A stretch of 64,000 nt of DNA from Auanema rhodensis (GCA_964057225.1 CAXKVF010000076.1:620001-684000); one strand, 5' to 3'; positions 26,399-43,233 are shown, counted from the stretch's first letter. A program made the numbers and translations. Notes: generated from the sequence alone by a model not told the origin.

Positions 26399-29300
26399 AA
26401 ATTTTGAAAACCGCATCTCTTTATCTTTCACGTGAAGCGAGTTACATACCAAGTGCACATCACGTGTACATTTAATTAGCATAAATTAAAGTTCACGTAA
26501 ATTTCAAAGTCATGGTTACCATGAACCAATATCAATAAAAATTTGTTTTTAGACTAATATGGACATGGGGAATCTAATGTTGAAAACCGCATCACTTTAT
26601 CTTTCACGTGAAGCGAGTTACATACCAAGTGCACATCACGTGTACATTTAATTAGCATAAATTAAAGTTCACGTAAATTTCAAAGTCATGGTTACCATGA
26701 ACCAATATCAATAAAAATTTGTTTTTAGACTAATATGGACATGGGGAATCAAATTTTAAAAACCGCATCTCTTTATCTTTCACGTGAAGCGAGTTACATA
26801 CCAAGTGCACATCACGTGTACATTTAATTAGCATAAATTAAAGTTCACGTAAATTTCAAAGTCATGGTTACCATGCACCAATATCAATAAAAATTTGTTT
26901 TTAGACTAATATGGACATGGGGAATCTAATTTTGAAAACCGCATCACTTTATCTTTCACGTGAAGCGAGTTACATACCAAGTGCACATCACGTGTACATT
27001 TAATTAGCATAAATTAAAGTTCACGTAAATTTCAAAGTCATGGTTACCATGCACCAATATCAATAAAAATTTGTTTTTAGACTAATATGGACATGGGGAA
27101 TCTAATGTTGAAAACCGCATCTTTTTATCTTTCACGTGAAGCGAGGTACATACCAAGTGCACATCACGTGTACATTTAATTAGCATAAATTAAAGTTCAC
27201 GTAAATTTCAAAGTCATGGTTACCATGCACCAGTATCAATAAAAATTTGTTTTTAGACTAATATGGACATGGGGAATCTAATTTTGAAAACCGCATCTCT
27301 TTATCTTCCACGTGAAGCGAGTTACATACCAAGTGCACATCACGTGTACATTTAATTAGCATAAATTAAAGTTCACGTAAATTTCAAAGTCATGGTTACC
27401 ATGAACCAATATCAATAAAAATTTGTTTTTAGACTAATATGTACATGGGGAATCTAATTTTGAAAACCGCATCTCTTTATCTTTCACGTGAAGCGAGTTA
27501 CATACCAAGTGCACATCACGTGTACATTTAATTAGCATAAATTAAAGTTCACGTAAATTTCAAAGTCATGGTTACCATGCACCAATATCAATAAAAATTT
27601 GTTTTTAGACTAATATGGACATGGGGAATCTAATGTTGAAAACCGCATCTTTTTATCTTTCACGTGAAGCGAGTTACATACCAAGTGCACATCACGTGTA
27701 CATTTAATTAGCATAAATTAAAGTTCACGTAAATTTCAAAGTCATGGTTACCATGCACCAATATCAATAAAAATTTGTTTTTAGACTAATATGGACATGG
27801 GGAATCTAATTTTGAAAACCGCATCTCTTTATCTTCCACGTGAAGCGAGTTACATACCAAGTGCACATCACGTGTACATTTAATTAGCATAAATTAAAGT
27901 TCACGTAAATTTCAAAGTCATGGTTACCATGAACCAATATCAATAAAAATTTGTTTTTAGACTAATATGGACATGGGGAATCTAATTTTGAAAACCGCAT
28001 CTCTTTATCTTCCACGTGAAGCGAGTTACATACCGAGTGCACATCACGTGTACATTTAATTAGCATAAATTAAAGTTCACGTAAATTTCAAAGTCATGGT
28101 TACCATGAACCAATATCAATAAAAATTTGTTTTTAGACTAATATGGACATGGGGAATCAAATTTTGAAAACCGCATCTCTTTATCTTTCACGTGAAGCGA
28201 GTTACATACCAAGTGCACATCACGTGTACATTTAATTAGCATAAATTAAAGTTCACGTAAATTTCAAAGTCATGGTTACCATGAACCAATATCAATAAAA
28301 ATTTGTTTTTAGACTAATATGGACATGGGGAATCTAATGTTGAAAACCGCATCACTTTATCTTTCACGTGAAGCGAGTTACATACCAAGTGCACATCACG
28401 TGTACATTTAATTAGCATAAATTAAAGTTCACGTAAATTTCAAAGTCATGGTTACCATGAACCAATATCAATAAAAATTTGTTTTTAGACTAATATGGAC
28501 ATGGGGAATCAAATTTTAAAAACCGCATCTCTTTATCTTTCACGTGAAGCGAGTTACATACCAAGTGCACATCACGTGTACATTTAATTAGCATAAATTA
28601 AAGTTCACGTAAATTTCAAAGTCATGGTTACCATGCACCAATATCAATAAAAATTTGTTTTTAGACTAATATGGACATGGGGAATCTAATTTTGAAAACC
28701 GCATCACTTTATCTTTCACGTGAAGCGAGTTACATACCAAGTGCACATCACGTGTACATTTAATTAGCATAAATTAAAGTTCACGTAAATTTCAAAGTCA
28801 TGGTTACCATGCACCAATATCAATAAAAATTTGTTTTTAGACTAATATGGACATGGGGAATCTAATGTTGAAAACCGCATCTTTTTATCTTTCACGTGAA
28901 GCGAGGTACATACCAAGTGCACATCACGTGTACATTTAATTAGCATAAATTAAAGTTCACGTAAATTTCAAAGTCATGGTTACCATGCACCAATATCAAT
29001 AAAAATTTGTTTTTAGACTAATATGGACATGGGGAATCTAATTTTGAAAACCGCATCTCTTTATCTTCCACGTGAAGCGAGTTACATACCAAGTGCACAT
29101 CACGTGTACATTTAATTAGCATAAATTAAAGTTCACGTAAATTTCAAAGTCATGGTTACCATGAACCAATATCAATAAAAATTTGTTTTTAGACTAATAT
29201 GGACATGGGGAATCTAATTTTGAAAACCGCATCTCTTTATCTTCCACGTGAAGCGAGTTACATACCAAGTGCACATCACGTGTACATTTAATTAGCATAA

Positions 29301-32300
29301 ATTAAAGTTCACGTAAATTTCAAAGTCATGGTTACCATGAACCAATATCAATAAAAATTTGTTTTTAGACTAATATGGACATGGGGAATCAAATTTTGAA
29401 AACCGCATCTCTTTATCTTTCACGTGAAGCGAGTTACATACCAAGTGCACATCACGTGTACATTTAATTAGCATAAATTAAAGTTCACGTAAATTTCAAA
29501 GTCATGGTTACCATGAACCAATATCAATAAAAATCTGTTTTTAGACTAATATGGACATGGGGAATCTAATTTTGAAAACCGCATCACTTTATCTTTCACG
29601 TGAAGCGAGTTACATACCAAGTGCACATCACGTGTACATTTAATTAGCATGAATTAAAGTTCACGTAAATTTCAAAGTCATGGTTACCATGCACCAATAT
29701 CAATAAAAATTTGTTTTTAGACTAATATGGACATGGGGAATCTAATTTTGAAAACCGCATCTCTTTATCTTTCACGTGAAGCGAGTTACATACCAAGTGC
29801 ACATCACGTGTACATTTAATTAGCATAAATTAAAGTTCACGTAAATTTCAAAGTCATGGTTACCATGCACCAATATCAATAAAAATTTGTTTTTAGACTA
29901 ATATGGACATGGGGAATCTAATTTTGAAAACCGCATCTCTTTATCTTCCACGTGAAGCGAGTTACATACCAAGTGCACATCACGTGTACATTTAATTAGC
30001 ATAAATTAAAGTTCACGTAAATTTCAAAGTCATGGTTACCATGAACCAATATCAATAAAAATTTGTTTTTAGACTAATATGTACATGGGGAATCTAATTT
30101 TGAAAACCGCATCTCTTTATCTTTCACGTGAAGCGAGTTACATACCAAGTGCACATCACGTGTACATTTAATTAGCATAAATTAAAGTTCACGTAAATTT
30201 CAAAGTCATGGTTACCATGCACCAATATCAATAAAAATTTGTTTTTAGACTAATATGGACATGGGGAATCTAATGTTGAAAACCGCATCTTTTTATCTTT
30301 CACGTGAAGCGAGTTACATACCAAGTGCACATCACGTGTACATTTAATTAGCATAAATTAAAGTTCACGTAAATTTCAAAGTCATGGTTACCATGCACCA
30401 ATATCAATAAAAATTTGTTTTTAGACTAATATGGACATGGGGAATCTAATTTTGAAAACCGCATCTCTTTATCTTCCACGTGAAGCGAGTTACATACCAA
30501 GTGCACATCACGTGTACATTTGATTAGCATAAATTAAAGTTCACGTAAATTTCAAAGTCATGGTTACCATGAACCAATATCAATAAAAATTTGTTTTTAG
30601 ACTAATATGGACATGGGGAATCTAATTTTGAAAACCGCATCTCTTTATCTTCCACGTGAAGCGAGTTACATACCAAGTGCACATCACGTGTACATTTAAT
30701 TAGCATAAATTAAAGTTCACGTAAATTTCAAAGTCATGGTTACCATGAACCAATATCAATAAAAATTTGTTTTTAGACTAATATGGACATGGGGAATCAA
30801 ATTTTGAAAACCGCATCTCTTTATCTTTCACGTGAAGCGAGTTACATACCAAGTGCACATCACGTGTACATTTAATTAGCATAAATTAAAGTTCACGTAA
30901 ATTTCAAAGTCATGGTTACCATGAACCAATATCAATAAAAATTTGTTTTTAGACTAATATGGACATGGGGAATCTAATTTTGAAAACCGCATCACTTTAT
31001 CTTTCACGTGAAGCGAGTTACATACCAAGTGCACATCACGTGTACATTTAATTAGCATAAATTAAAGTTCACGTAAATTTCAAAGTCATGGTTACCATGA
31101 ACCAATATCAATAAAAATTTGTTTTTAGACTAATATGGACATGGGGAATCAAATTTTGAAAACCGCATCTCTTTATCTTTCACGTGAAGCGAGTTACATA
31201 CCAAGTGCACATCACGTGTACATTTAATTAGCATAAATTAAAGTTCACGTAAATTTCAAAGTCATGGTTACCATGCACCAATATCAATAAAAATTTGTTT
31301 TTAGACTAATATGGACATGGGGAATCTAATTTTGAAAACCGCATCACTTTATCTTTCACGTGAAGCGAGTTACATACCAAGTGCACATCACGTGTACATT
31401 TAATTAGCATAAATTAAAGTTCACGTAAATTTCAAAGTCATGGTTACCATGCACCAATATCAATAAAAATTTGTTTTTAGACTAATATGGACATGGGGAA
31501 TCTAATGTTGAAAACCGCATCTTTTTATCTTTCACGTGAAGCGAGGTACATACCAAGTGCACATCACGTGTACATTTAATTAGCATAAATTAAAGTTCAC
31601 GTAAATTTCAAAGTCATGGTTACCATGAACCAATATCAATAAAAATTTGTTTTTAGACTAATATGGACATGGGGAATCAAATTTTGAAAACCGCATCTCT
31701 TTATCTTTCACGTGAAGCGAGTTACATACCAAGTGCACATCACGTGTACATTTAATTAGCATAAATTAAAGTTCACGTAAATTTCAAAGTCATGGTTACC
31801 ATGAACCAATATCAATAAAAATTTGTTTTTAGACTAATATGGACATGGGGAATCTAATTTTGAAAACCGCATCACTTTATCTTTCACGTGAAGCGAGTTA
31901 CATACCAAGTGCACATCACGTGTACATTTAATTAGCATAAATTAAAGTTCACGTAAATTTCAAAGTCATGGTTACCATGAACCAATATCAATAAAAATTT
32001 GTTTTTAGACTAATATGGACATGGGGAATCAAATTTTGAAAACCGCATCTCTTTATCTTTCACGTGAAGCGAGTTACATACCAAGTGCACATCACGTGTA
32101 CATTTAATTAGCATAAATTAAAGTTCACGTAAATTTCAAAGTCATGGTTACCATGCACCAATATCAATAAAAATTTGTTTTTAGACTAATATGGACATGG
32201 GGAATCTAATTTTGAAAACCGCATCACTTTATCTTTCACGTGAAGCGAGTTACATACCAAGTGCACATCACGTGTACATTTAATTAGCATAAATTAAAGT

Positions 32301-35300
32301 TCACGTAAATTTCAAAGTCATGGTTACCATGCACCAATATCAATAAAAATTTGTTTTTAGACTAATATGGACATGGGGAATCTAATGTTGAAAACCGCAT
32401 CTTTTTATCTTTCACGTGAAGCGAGGTACATACCAAGTGCACATCACGTGTACATTTAATTAGCATAAATTAAAGTTCACGTAAATTTCAAAGTCATGGT
32501 TACCATGCACCAATATCAATAAAAATTTGTTTTTAGACTAATATGGACATGGGGAATCTAATGTTGAAAACCGCATCTCTTTATCTTCCACGTGAAGCGA
32601 GTTACATACCAAGTGCACATCACGTGTACATTTAATTAGCATAAATTAAAGTTCACGTAAATTTCAAAGTCATGGTTACCATGAACCAATATCAATAAAA
32701 ATTTGTTTTTAGACTAATATGGACATGGGGAATCTAATTTTGAAAACCGCATCTCTTTATCTTCCACGTGAAGCGAGTTACATACCAAGTGCACATCACG
32801 TGTACATTTAATTAGCATAAATTAAAGTTCACGTAAATTTCAAAGTCATGGTTACCATGAACCAATATCAATAAAAATTTGTTTTTAGACTAATATGGAC
32901 ATGGGGAATCAAATTTTGAAAACCGCATCTCTTTATCTTTCACGTGAAGCGAGTTACATACCAAGTGCACATCACGTGTACATTTAATTAGCATAAATTA
33001 AAGTTCACGTAAATTTCAAAGTCATGGTTACCATGAACCAATATCAATAAAAATCTGTTTTTAGACTAATATGGACATGGGGAATCTAATTTTGAAAACC
33101 GCATCACTTTATCTTTCACGTGAAGCGAGTTACATACCAAGTGCACATCACGTGTACATTTAATTAGCATAAATTAAAGTTCACGTAAATTTCAAAGTCA
33201 TGGTTACCATGCACCAATATCAATAAAAATTTGTTTTTAGACTAATATGGACATGGGGAATCTAATTTTGAAAACCGCATCTCTTTATCTTTCACGTGAA
33301 GCGAGTTACATACCAAGTGCACATCACGTGTACATTTAATTAGCATAAATTAATGTTCACGTAAATTTCAAAGTCATGGTTACCATGCACCAATATCAAT
33401 AAAAATTTGTTTTTAGACTAATATGGACATGGGAAATCTAATTTTGAAAACCGCATCACTTTATCTTCCACGTGAAGCGAGTTACATACCAAGTGCACAT
33501 CACGTGTACATTTAATTAGCATAAATTAAAGTTCACGTAAATTTCAAAGTCATGGTTACCATGAACCAATATCAATAAAAATTTGTTTTTAGACTAATAT
33601 GGACATGGGGAATCTAATTTTGAAAACCGCATCTCTTTATCTTCCACGTGAAGCGAGTTACATACCAAGTGCACATCACGTGTACATTTAATTAGCATAA
33701 ATTAAAGTTCACGTAAATTTCAAAGTCATGGTTACCATGAACCAATATCAATAAAAATTTGTTTTTAGACTAATATGGACATGGGGAATCAAATTTTGAA
33801 AACCGCATCTCTTTATCTTTCACGTGAAGCGAGTTACATACCAAGTGCACATCACGTGTACATTTAATTAGCATAAATTAAAGTTCACGTAAATTTCAAA
33901 GTCATGGTTACCATGAACCAATATCAATAAAAATTTGTTTTTAGACTAATATGGACATGGGGAATCTAATTTTGAAAACCGCATCTCTTTATCTTCCACG
34001 TGAAGCGAGTTACATACCAAGTGCACATCACGTGTACATTTAATTAGCATAAATTAAAGTTCACGTAAATTTCAAAGTCATGGTTACCATGAACCAATAT
34101 CAATAAAAATTTGTTTTTAGACTAATATGGACATGGGGAATCAAATTTTGAAAACCGCATCTCTTTATCTTTCACGTGAAGCGAGTTACATACCAAGTGC
34201 ACATCACGTGTACATTTAATTAGCATAAATTAAAGTTCACGTAAATTTCAAAGTCATGGTTACCATGAACCAATATCAATAAAAATTTGTTTTTAGACTA
34301 ATATGGACATGGGGAATCTAATTTTGAAAACCGCATCACTTTATCTTTCACGTGAAGCGAGTTACATACCAAGTGCACATCACGTGTACATTTAATTAGC
34401 ATAAATTAAAGTTCACGTAAATTTCAAAGTCATGGTTACCATGCACCAATATCAATAAAAATTTGTTTTTAGACTAATATGGACATGGGGAATCTAATTT
34501 TGAAAACCGCATCTCTTTATCTTCCACGTGAAGCGAGTTACATACCAAGTGCACATCACGTGTACATTTAATTAGCATAAATTAAAGTTCACGTAAATTT
34601 CAAAGTCATGGTTACCATGAACCAATATCAATAAAAATTTGTTTTTAGACTAATATGGACATGGGGAATCTAATTTTGAAAACCGCATCTCTTTATCTTC
34701 CACGTGAAGCGAGTTACATACCAAGTGCACATCACGTGTACATTTAATTAGCATAAATTAAAGTTCACGTAAATTTCAAAGTCATGGTTACCATGAACCA
34801 ATATCAATAAAAATTTGTTTTTAGACTAATATGGACATGGGGAATCAAATTTTGAAAACCGCATCTCTTTATCTTTCACGTGAAGCGAGTTACATACCAA
34901 GTGCACATCACGTGTACATTTAATTAGCATAAATTAAAGTTCACGTAAATTTCAAAGTCATGGTTACCATGAACCAATATCAATAAAAATTTGTTTTTAG
35001 ACTAATATGGACATGGGGAATCTAATTTTGAAAACCGCATCACTTTATCTTTCACGTGAAGCGAGTTACCTACCAAGTGCACATCACGTGTACATTTAAT
35101 TAGCATAAATTAAAGTTCACGTAAATTTCAAAGTCATGGTTACCATGCACCAATATCAATAAAAATTTGTTTTTAGACTAATATGGACATGGGGAATCTA
35201 ATTTTGAAAACCGCATCTCTTTATCTTCCACGTGAAGCGAGTTACATACCAAGTGCACATCACGTGTACATTTAATTAGCATAAATTAAAGTTCACGTAA

Positions 35301-38300
35301 ATTTCAAAGTCATGGTTACCATGAACCAATATCAATAAAAATTTGTTTTTAGACTAATATGGACATGGGGAATCTAATTTTGAAAACCGCATCTCTTTAT
35401 CTTCCACGTGAAGCGAGTTACATACCAAGTGCACATCACGTGTACATTTAATTAGCATAAATTAAAGTTCACGTAAATTTCAAAGTCATGGTTACCATGA
35501 ACCAATATCAATAAAAATTTGTTTTTAGACTAATATGGACATGGGGAATCAAATTTTGAAAACCGCATCTCTTTATCTTTCACGTGAAGCGAGTTACATA
35601 CCAAGTGCACATCACGTGTACATTTAATTAGCATAAATTAAAGTTCACGTAAATTTCAAAGTCATGGTTACCATGAACCAATATCAATAAAAATTTGTTT
35701 TTAGACTAATATGGACATGGGGAATCTAATTTTGAAAACCGCATCACTTTATCTTTCACGTGAAGCGAGTTACATACCAAGTGCACATCACGTGTACATT
35801 TAATTAGCATAAATTAAAGTTCACGTAAATTTCAAAGTCATGGTTACCATGAACCAATATCAATAAAAATTTGTTTTTAGACTAATATGGACATGGGGAA
35901 TCAAATTTTGAAAACCGCATCTCTTTATCTTTCACGTGAAGCGAGTTACATACCAAGTGCACATCACGTGTACATTTAATTAGCATAAATTAAAGTTCAC
36001 GTAAATTTCAAAGTCATGGTTACCATGCACCAATATCAATAAAAATTTGTTTTTAGACTAATATGGACATGGGGAATCTAATTTTGAAAACCGCATCACT
36101 TTATCTTTCACGTGAAGCGAGTTACATACCAAGTGCACATCACGTGTACATTTAATTAGCATAAATTAAAGTTCACGTAAATTTCAAAGTCATGGTTACC
36201 ATGCACCAATATCAATAAAAATTTGTTTTTAGACTAATATGGACATGGGGAATCTAATGTTGAAAACCGCATCTTTTTATCTTTCACGTGAAGCGAGGTA
36301 CATACCAAGTGCACATCACGTGTACATTTAATTAGCATAAATTAAAGTTCACGTAAATTTCAAAGTCATGGTTACCATGCACCAATATCAATAAAAATTT
36401 GTTTTTAGACTAATATGGACATGGGGAATCTAATGTTGAAAACCGCATCTCTTTATCTTCCACGTGAAGCGAGTTACATACCAAGTGCACATCACGTGTA
36501 CATTTAATTAGCATAAATTAAAGTTCACGTAAATTTCAAAGTCATGGTTACCATGCACCAATATCAATAAAAATTTGTTTTTAGACTAATATGGACATGG
36601 GGAATCTAATGTTGAAAACCGCATCTTTTTATCTTTCACGTGAAGCGAGGTACATACCAAGTGCACATCACGTGTACATTTAATTAGCATAAATTAAAGT
36701 TCACGTAAATTTCAAAGTCATGGTTACCATGAACCAATATCAATAAAAATTTGTTTTTAGACTAATATGGACATGGGGAATCAAATTTTGAAAACCGCAT
36801 CTCTTTATCTTTCACGTGAAGCGAGTTACATACCAAGTGCACATCACGTGTACATTTAATTAGCATAAATTAAAGTTCACGTAAATTTCAAAGTCATGGT
36901 TACCATGAACCAATATCAATAAAAATCTGTTTTTAGACTAATATGGACATGGGGAATCTAATTTTGAAAACCGCATCACTTTATCTTTCACGTGAAGCGA
37001 GTTACATACCAAGTGCACATCACGTGTACATTTAATTAGCATAAATTAAAGTTCACGTAAATTTCAAAGTCATGGTTACCATGCACCAATATCAATAAAA
37101 ATTTGTTTTTAGACTAATATGGACATGGGGAATCTAATTTTGAAAACCGCATCTCTTTATCTTTCACGTGAAGCGAGTTACATACCAAGTGCACATCACG
37201 TGTACATTTAATTAGCATAAATTAAAGTTCACGTAAATTTCAAAGTCATGGTTACCATGCACCAATATCAATAAAAATTTGTTTTTAGACTAATATGGAC
37301 ATGGGGAATCTAATTTTGAAAACCGCATCTCTTTATCTTCCACGTGAAGCGAGTTACATACCAAGTGCACATCACGTGTACATTTAATTAGCATAAATTA
37401 AAGTTCACGTAAATTTCAAAGTCATGGTTACCATGAACCAATATCAATAAAAATTTGTTTTTAGACTAATATGGACATGGGGAATCTAATTTTGAAAACC
37501 GCATCTCTTTATCTTCCACGTGAAGCGAGTTACATACCAAGTGCACATCACGTGTACATTTAATTAGCATAAATTAAAGTTCACGTAAATTTCAAAGTCA
37601 TGGTTACCATGAACCAATATCAATAAAAATTTGTTTTTAGACTAATATGGACATGGGGAATCAAATTTTGAAAACCGCATCTCTTTATCTTTCACGTGAA
37701 GCGAGTTACATACCAAGTGCACATCACGTGTACATTTAATTAGCATAAATTAAAGTTCACGTAAATTTCAAAGTCATGGTTACCATGAACCAATATCAAT
37801 AAAAATTTGTTTTTAGACTAATATGGACATGGGGAATCTAATTTTGAAAACCGCATCACTTTATCTTTCACGTGAAGCGAGTTACATACCAAGTGCACAT
37901 CACGTGTACATTTAATTAGCATAAATTAAAGTTCACGTAAATTTCAAAGTCATGGTTACCATGCACCAATATCAATAAAAATTTGTTTTTAGACTAATAT
38001 GGACATGGGGAATCTAATTTTGAAAACCGCATCTCTTTATCTTTCACGTGAAGCGAGTTACATACCAAGTGCACATCAAGTGTACATTTAATTAGCATAA
38101 ATTAAAGTTCACGTAAATTTCAAAGTCATGGTTACCATGAACCAATATCAATAAAAATTTGTTTTTAGACTAATATGGACATGGGGAATCTAATTTTGAA
38201 AACCGCATCTCTTTATCTTCCACGTGAAGCGAGTTACATACCAAGTGCACATCACGTGTACATTTAATTAGCATAAATTAAAGTTCACGTAAATTTCAAA

Positions 38301-41300
38301 GTCATGGTTACCATGAACCAATATCAATAAAAATTTGTTTTTAGACTAATATGGACATGGGGAATCAAATTTTGAAAACCGCATCTCTTTATCTTTCACG
38401 TGAAGCGAGTTACATACCAAGTGCACATCACGTGTACATTTAATTAGCATAAATTAAAGTTCACGTAAATTTCAAAGTCATGGTTACCATGAACCAATAT
38501 CAATAAAAATCTGTTTTTAGACTAATATGGACATGGGGAATCTAATTTTGAAAACCGCATCACTTTATCTTTCACGTGAAGCGAGTTACATACCAAGTGC
38601 ACATCACGTGTACATTTAATTAGCATAAATTAAAGTTCACGTAAATTTCAAAGTCATGGTTACCATGCACCAATATCAATAAAAATTTGTTTTTAGACTA
38701 ATATGGACATGGGGAATCTAATTTTGAAAACCGCATCTCTTTATCTTTCACGTGAAGCGAGTTACATACCAAGTGCACATCACGTGTACATTTAATTAGC
38801 ATAAATTAAAGTTCACGTAAATTTCAAAGTCATGGTTACCATGCACCAATATCAATAAAAATTTGTTTTTAGACTAATATGGACATGGGGAATCTAATTT
38901 TGAAAACCGCATCTCTTTATCTTCCACGTGAAGCGAGTTACATACCAAGTGCACATCACGTGTACATTTAATTAGCATAAATTAAAGTTCACGTAAATTT
39001 CAAAGTCATGGTTACCATGAACCAATATCAATAAAAATTTGTTTTTAGACTAATATGGACATGGGGAATCTAATTTTGAAAACCGCATCTCTTTATCTTC
39101 CACGTGAAGCGAGTTACATACCAAGTGCACATCACGTGTACATTTAATTAGCATAAATTAAAGTTCACGTAAATTTCAAAGTCATGGTTACCATGAACCA
39201 ATATCAATAAAAATTTGTTTTTAGACTAATATGGACATGGGGAATCAAATTTTGAAAACCGCATCTCTTTATCTTTCACGTGAAGCGAGTTACATACCAA
39301 GTGCACATCACGTGTACATTTAATTAGCATAAATTAAAGTTCACGTAAATTTCAAAGTCATGGTTACCATGAACCAATATCAATAAAAATTTGTTTTTAG
39401 ACTAATATGGACATGGGGAATCTAATTTTGAAAACCGCATCACTTTATCTTTCACGTGAAGCGAGTTACATACCAAGTGCACATCACGTGTACATTTAAT
39501 TAGCATAAATTAAAGTTCACGTAAATTTCAAAGTCATGGTTACCATGCACCAATATCAATAAAAATTTGTTTTTAGACTAATATGGACATGGGGAATCTA
39601 ATTTTGAAAACCGCATCTCTTTATCTTTCACGTGAAGCGAGTTACATACCAAGTGCACATCACGTGTACATTTAATTAGCATAAATTAAAGTTCACGTAA
39701 ATTTCAAAGTCATGGTTACCATGCACCAATATCAATAAAAATTCGTTTTTAGACTAATATGGACATGGGGAATCTAATTTTGAAAACCGCATCTCTTTAT
39801 CTTCCACGTGAAGCGAGTTACATACCAAGTGCACATCACGTGTACATTTAATTAGCGTAAATTAAAGTTCACGTAAATTTCAAAGTCATGGTTACCATGA
39901 ACCAATATCAATAAAAATTTGTTTTTAGACTAATATGTACATGGGGAATCTAATTTTGAAAACCGCATCTCTTTATCTTTCACGTGAAGCGAGTTACATA
40001 CCAAATGCACATCACGTGTACATTTAATTAGCATAAATTAAAGTTCACGTAAATTTCAAAGTCATGGTTACCATGCACCAATATCAATAAAAATTTGTTT
40101 TTAGACTAATATGGACATGGGGAACCTAATTTTGAAAACCGCATCTCTTTATCTTTCACGTGAAGCGAGTTACATACCAAGTGCACATCACGTGTACATT
40201 TAATTAGCATAAATTAAAGTTCACGTAAATTTCAAAGTCATGGTTACCATGCACCAATATCAATAAAAATTTGTTTTTAGACTAATATGGACATGGGGAA
40301 TCTAATTTTGAAAACCGCATCTCTTTATCTTTCACGTGAAGCGAGTTACATACCAAGTGCACATCACGTGTACATTTAATTAGCATAAATTAAAGTTCAC
40401 GTAAATTTCAAAGTCATGGTTACCATGCACCAATATCAATAAAAATTTGTTTTTAGACTAATATGGACATGGGGAATCTAATTTTGAAAACCGCATCTCT
40501 TTATCTTTCACGTGAAGCGAGTTACATACCAAGTGCACATCACGTGCACATTTAATTAGCATAAATTAAAGTTCACGTAAATTTCAAAGTCATGGTTACC
40601 ATGCACCAATATCAATAAAAATTTGTTTTTAGACTAATATGGACATGGGGAATCTAATGTTGAAAACCGCATCTCTTTATCTTTCACGTGAAGCGAGTTA
40701 CATACCAAGTGCACATCACGTGTACATTTAATTAGCATAAATTAAAGTTCACGTAAATTTCAAAGTCATGGTTACCATGAACCAATATCAATAAAAATTT
40801 GTTTTTAGACTAATATGTACATGGGGAATCTAATTTTGAAAACCGCATCTCTTTATCTTTCACGTGAAGCGAGTTACATACCAAGTGCACATCACGTGCA
40901 CATTTAATTAGCATAAATTAAAGTTCACGTAAATTTCAAAGTCATGGTTACCATGCACCAATATCAATAAAAATTTGTTTTTAGACTAATATGGACATGG
41001 GGAATCTAATGTTGAAAACCGCATCTTTTTATCTTTCACGTGAAGCGAGTTACATACCAAGTGCACATCACGTGTACATTTAATTAGCATAAATTAAAGT
41101 TCACGTAAATTTCAAAGTCATGGTTACCATGAACCAATATCAATAAAAATTTGTTTTTAGACTAATATGGACATGGGGAATCTAATGTTGAAAACCGCAT
41201 CTCTTTATCTTTCACGTGAAGCGAGTTGCATACCAAGTGCACATCACGTGTACATTTAATTAGCATAAATTAAAGTTCACGTAAATTTCAAAGTCATGGT

Positions 41301-43118
41301 TACCATGAACCAATATCAATAAAAATTTGTTTTTAGACTAATATGCACATGGGGAATCTAATTTTGAAAACCGCATCACTTTATCTTTCACGTGAAGCGA
41401 GTTACATACCAAGTGCACATCACGTGTACATTTAATTAGCATAAATTAAAGTTCACGTAAATTTCAAAGTCATGGTTACCATGCACCAATATCAATAAAA
41501 ATTTGTTTTTAGACTAATATGGACATGGGGAATCTAATTTTGAAAACCACATCTCTTTATCTTCCACGTGAAGCGAGTTACATACCAAGTGCTCATCACG
41601 TGTACATTTAATTAGCATAAATTAAAGTTCACGTAAATTTCAAAGTCATGGTTACCATGAACCAATATCAATAAAAATTTGTTTTTAGACTAATATGGAC
41701 ATGGGGAATCAAATTTTGAAAACCGCATCTCTTTATCTTTCACGTGAAGCGAGTTACATACCAAGTGCACATCACGTGTACATTTAATTAGCATAAATTA
41801 AAGTTCACGTAAATTTCAAAGTCATGGTTACCATGAACCAATATCAATAAAAATTTGTTTTTAGACTAATATGGACATGGGGAATCTAATTTTGAAAACC
41901 GCATCACTTTATCTTTCACGTGAAGCGAGTTACATACCAAGTGCACATCACGTGTACATTTAATTAGCATAAATTAAAGTTCACGTAAATTTCAAAGTCA
42001 TGGTTACCATGAACCAATATCAATGAAAATTTGTTTTTAGACTAATATGGACATGGGGAATCTAATTTTGAAAACCGCATCTCTTTATCTTTCACGTGAA
42101 GCGAGTTGCATACCAAGTGCACATCACGTGTACATTTAATTAGCATAAATTAAAGTTCACGTAAATTTCAAAGTCATGGTTACCATGAACCAATATCAAT
42201 GAAAATTTGTTTTTAGACTAATATGGACATGGGGAATCTAATTTTGAAAACCGCATCTCTTTATCTTTCACGTGAAGCGAGTTACATACCAAGTGCACAT
42301 CACGTCTACATTTAATTAGCATAAATTAAAGTTCACGTAAATTTCAAAGTCATGGTTACCATGCACCAATATCAATAAAAATTTGTTTTTAGACTAATAT
42401 GGACATGGGGAATCTAATTTTGAAAACCGCATCTCTTTATCTTCCACGTGAAGCGAGTTACATACCAAGTGCACATCACGTGTACATTTAATTAGCATAA
42501 ATTAAAGTTCACGTAAATTTCAAAGTCATGGTTACCATGAACCAATATCAATAAAAATTTGTTTTTAGACTAATATGGACATGGGGAATCAAATTTTGAA
42601 AACCGCATCTCTTTATCTTTCACGTGAAGCGAGTTACATACCAAGTGCACATCACGTGTACATTTAATTAGCATAAATTAAAGTTCACGTAAATTTCAAA
42701 GTCATGGTTACCATGAACCAATATCAATAAAAATTTGTTTTTAGACTAATATGGACATGGGGAATCTAATTTTGAAAACCGCATCACTTTATCTTTCACG
42801 TGAAGCGAGTTACATACCAAGTGCACATCACGTGTACATTTAATTAGCATAAATTAAAGTTCACGTAAATTTCAAAGTCATGGTTACCATGCACCAATAT
42901 CAATAAAAATTTGTTTTTAGACTAATATGGACATGGGGAATCTAATTTTGAAAACCGCATCTCTTCATATTTCACGTGAAGCGAGTTACATACCAAGTGC
43001 ACATCACGTGTACATTTAATTAGCATAAATTAAAGTTCACGTAAATTTCAAAGTCATGGTTACCATGCACCAATATCAATAAAAATTTGTTTTTAGACTA
43101 ATATGGACATGGGGAATC

Positions 43119-43233
43119 TAATGTTGAAAACCGCATCTCTTTATCTTTCACGTGAAGCGAGTTACATACCATGGTTACCATGAAGCAATATCAATAAAAA
43201 TTTGTTTTTAGACTAATATGGACATGGGGAATC
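43119..43233. repeat. 115-bp deletion monomer, copy 1 of 7
   Basis: Junction GTTACATACCATGGTTACCATGAAGC; 61 bp (monomer ~53-113) missing. Confidence 0.95.
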
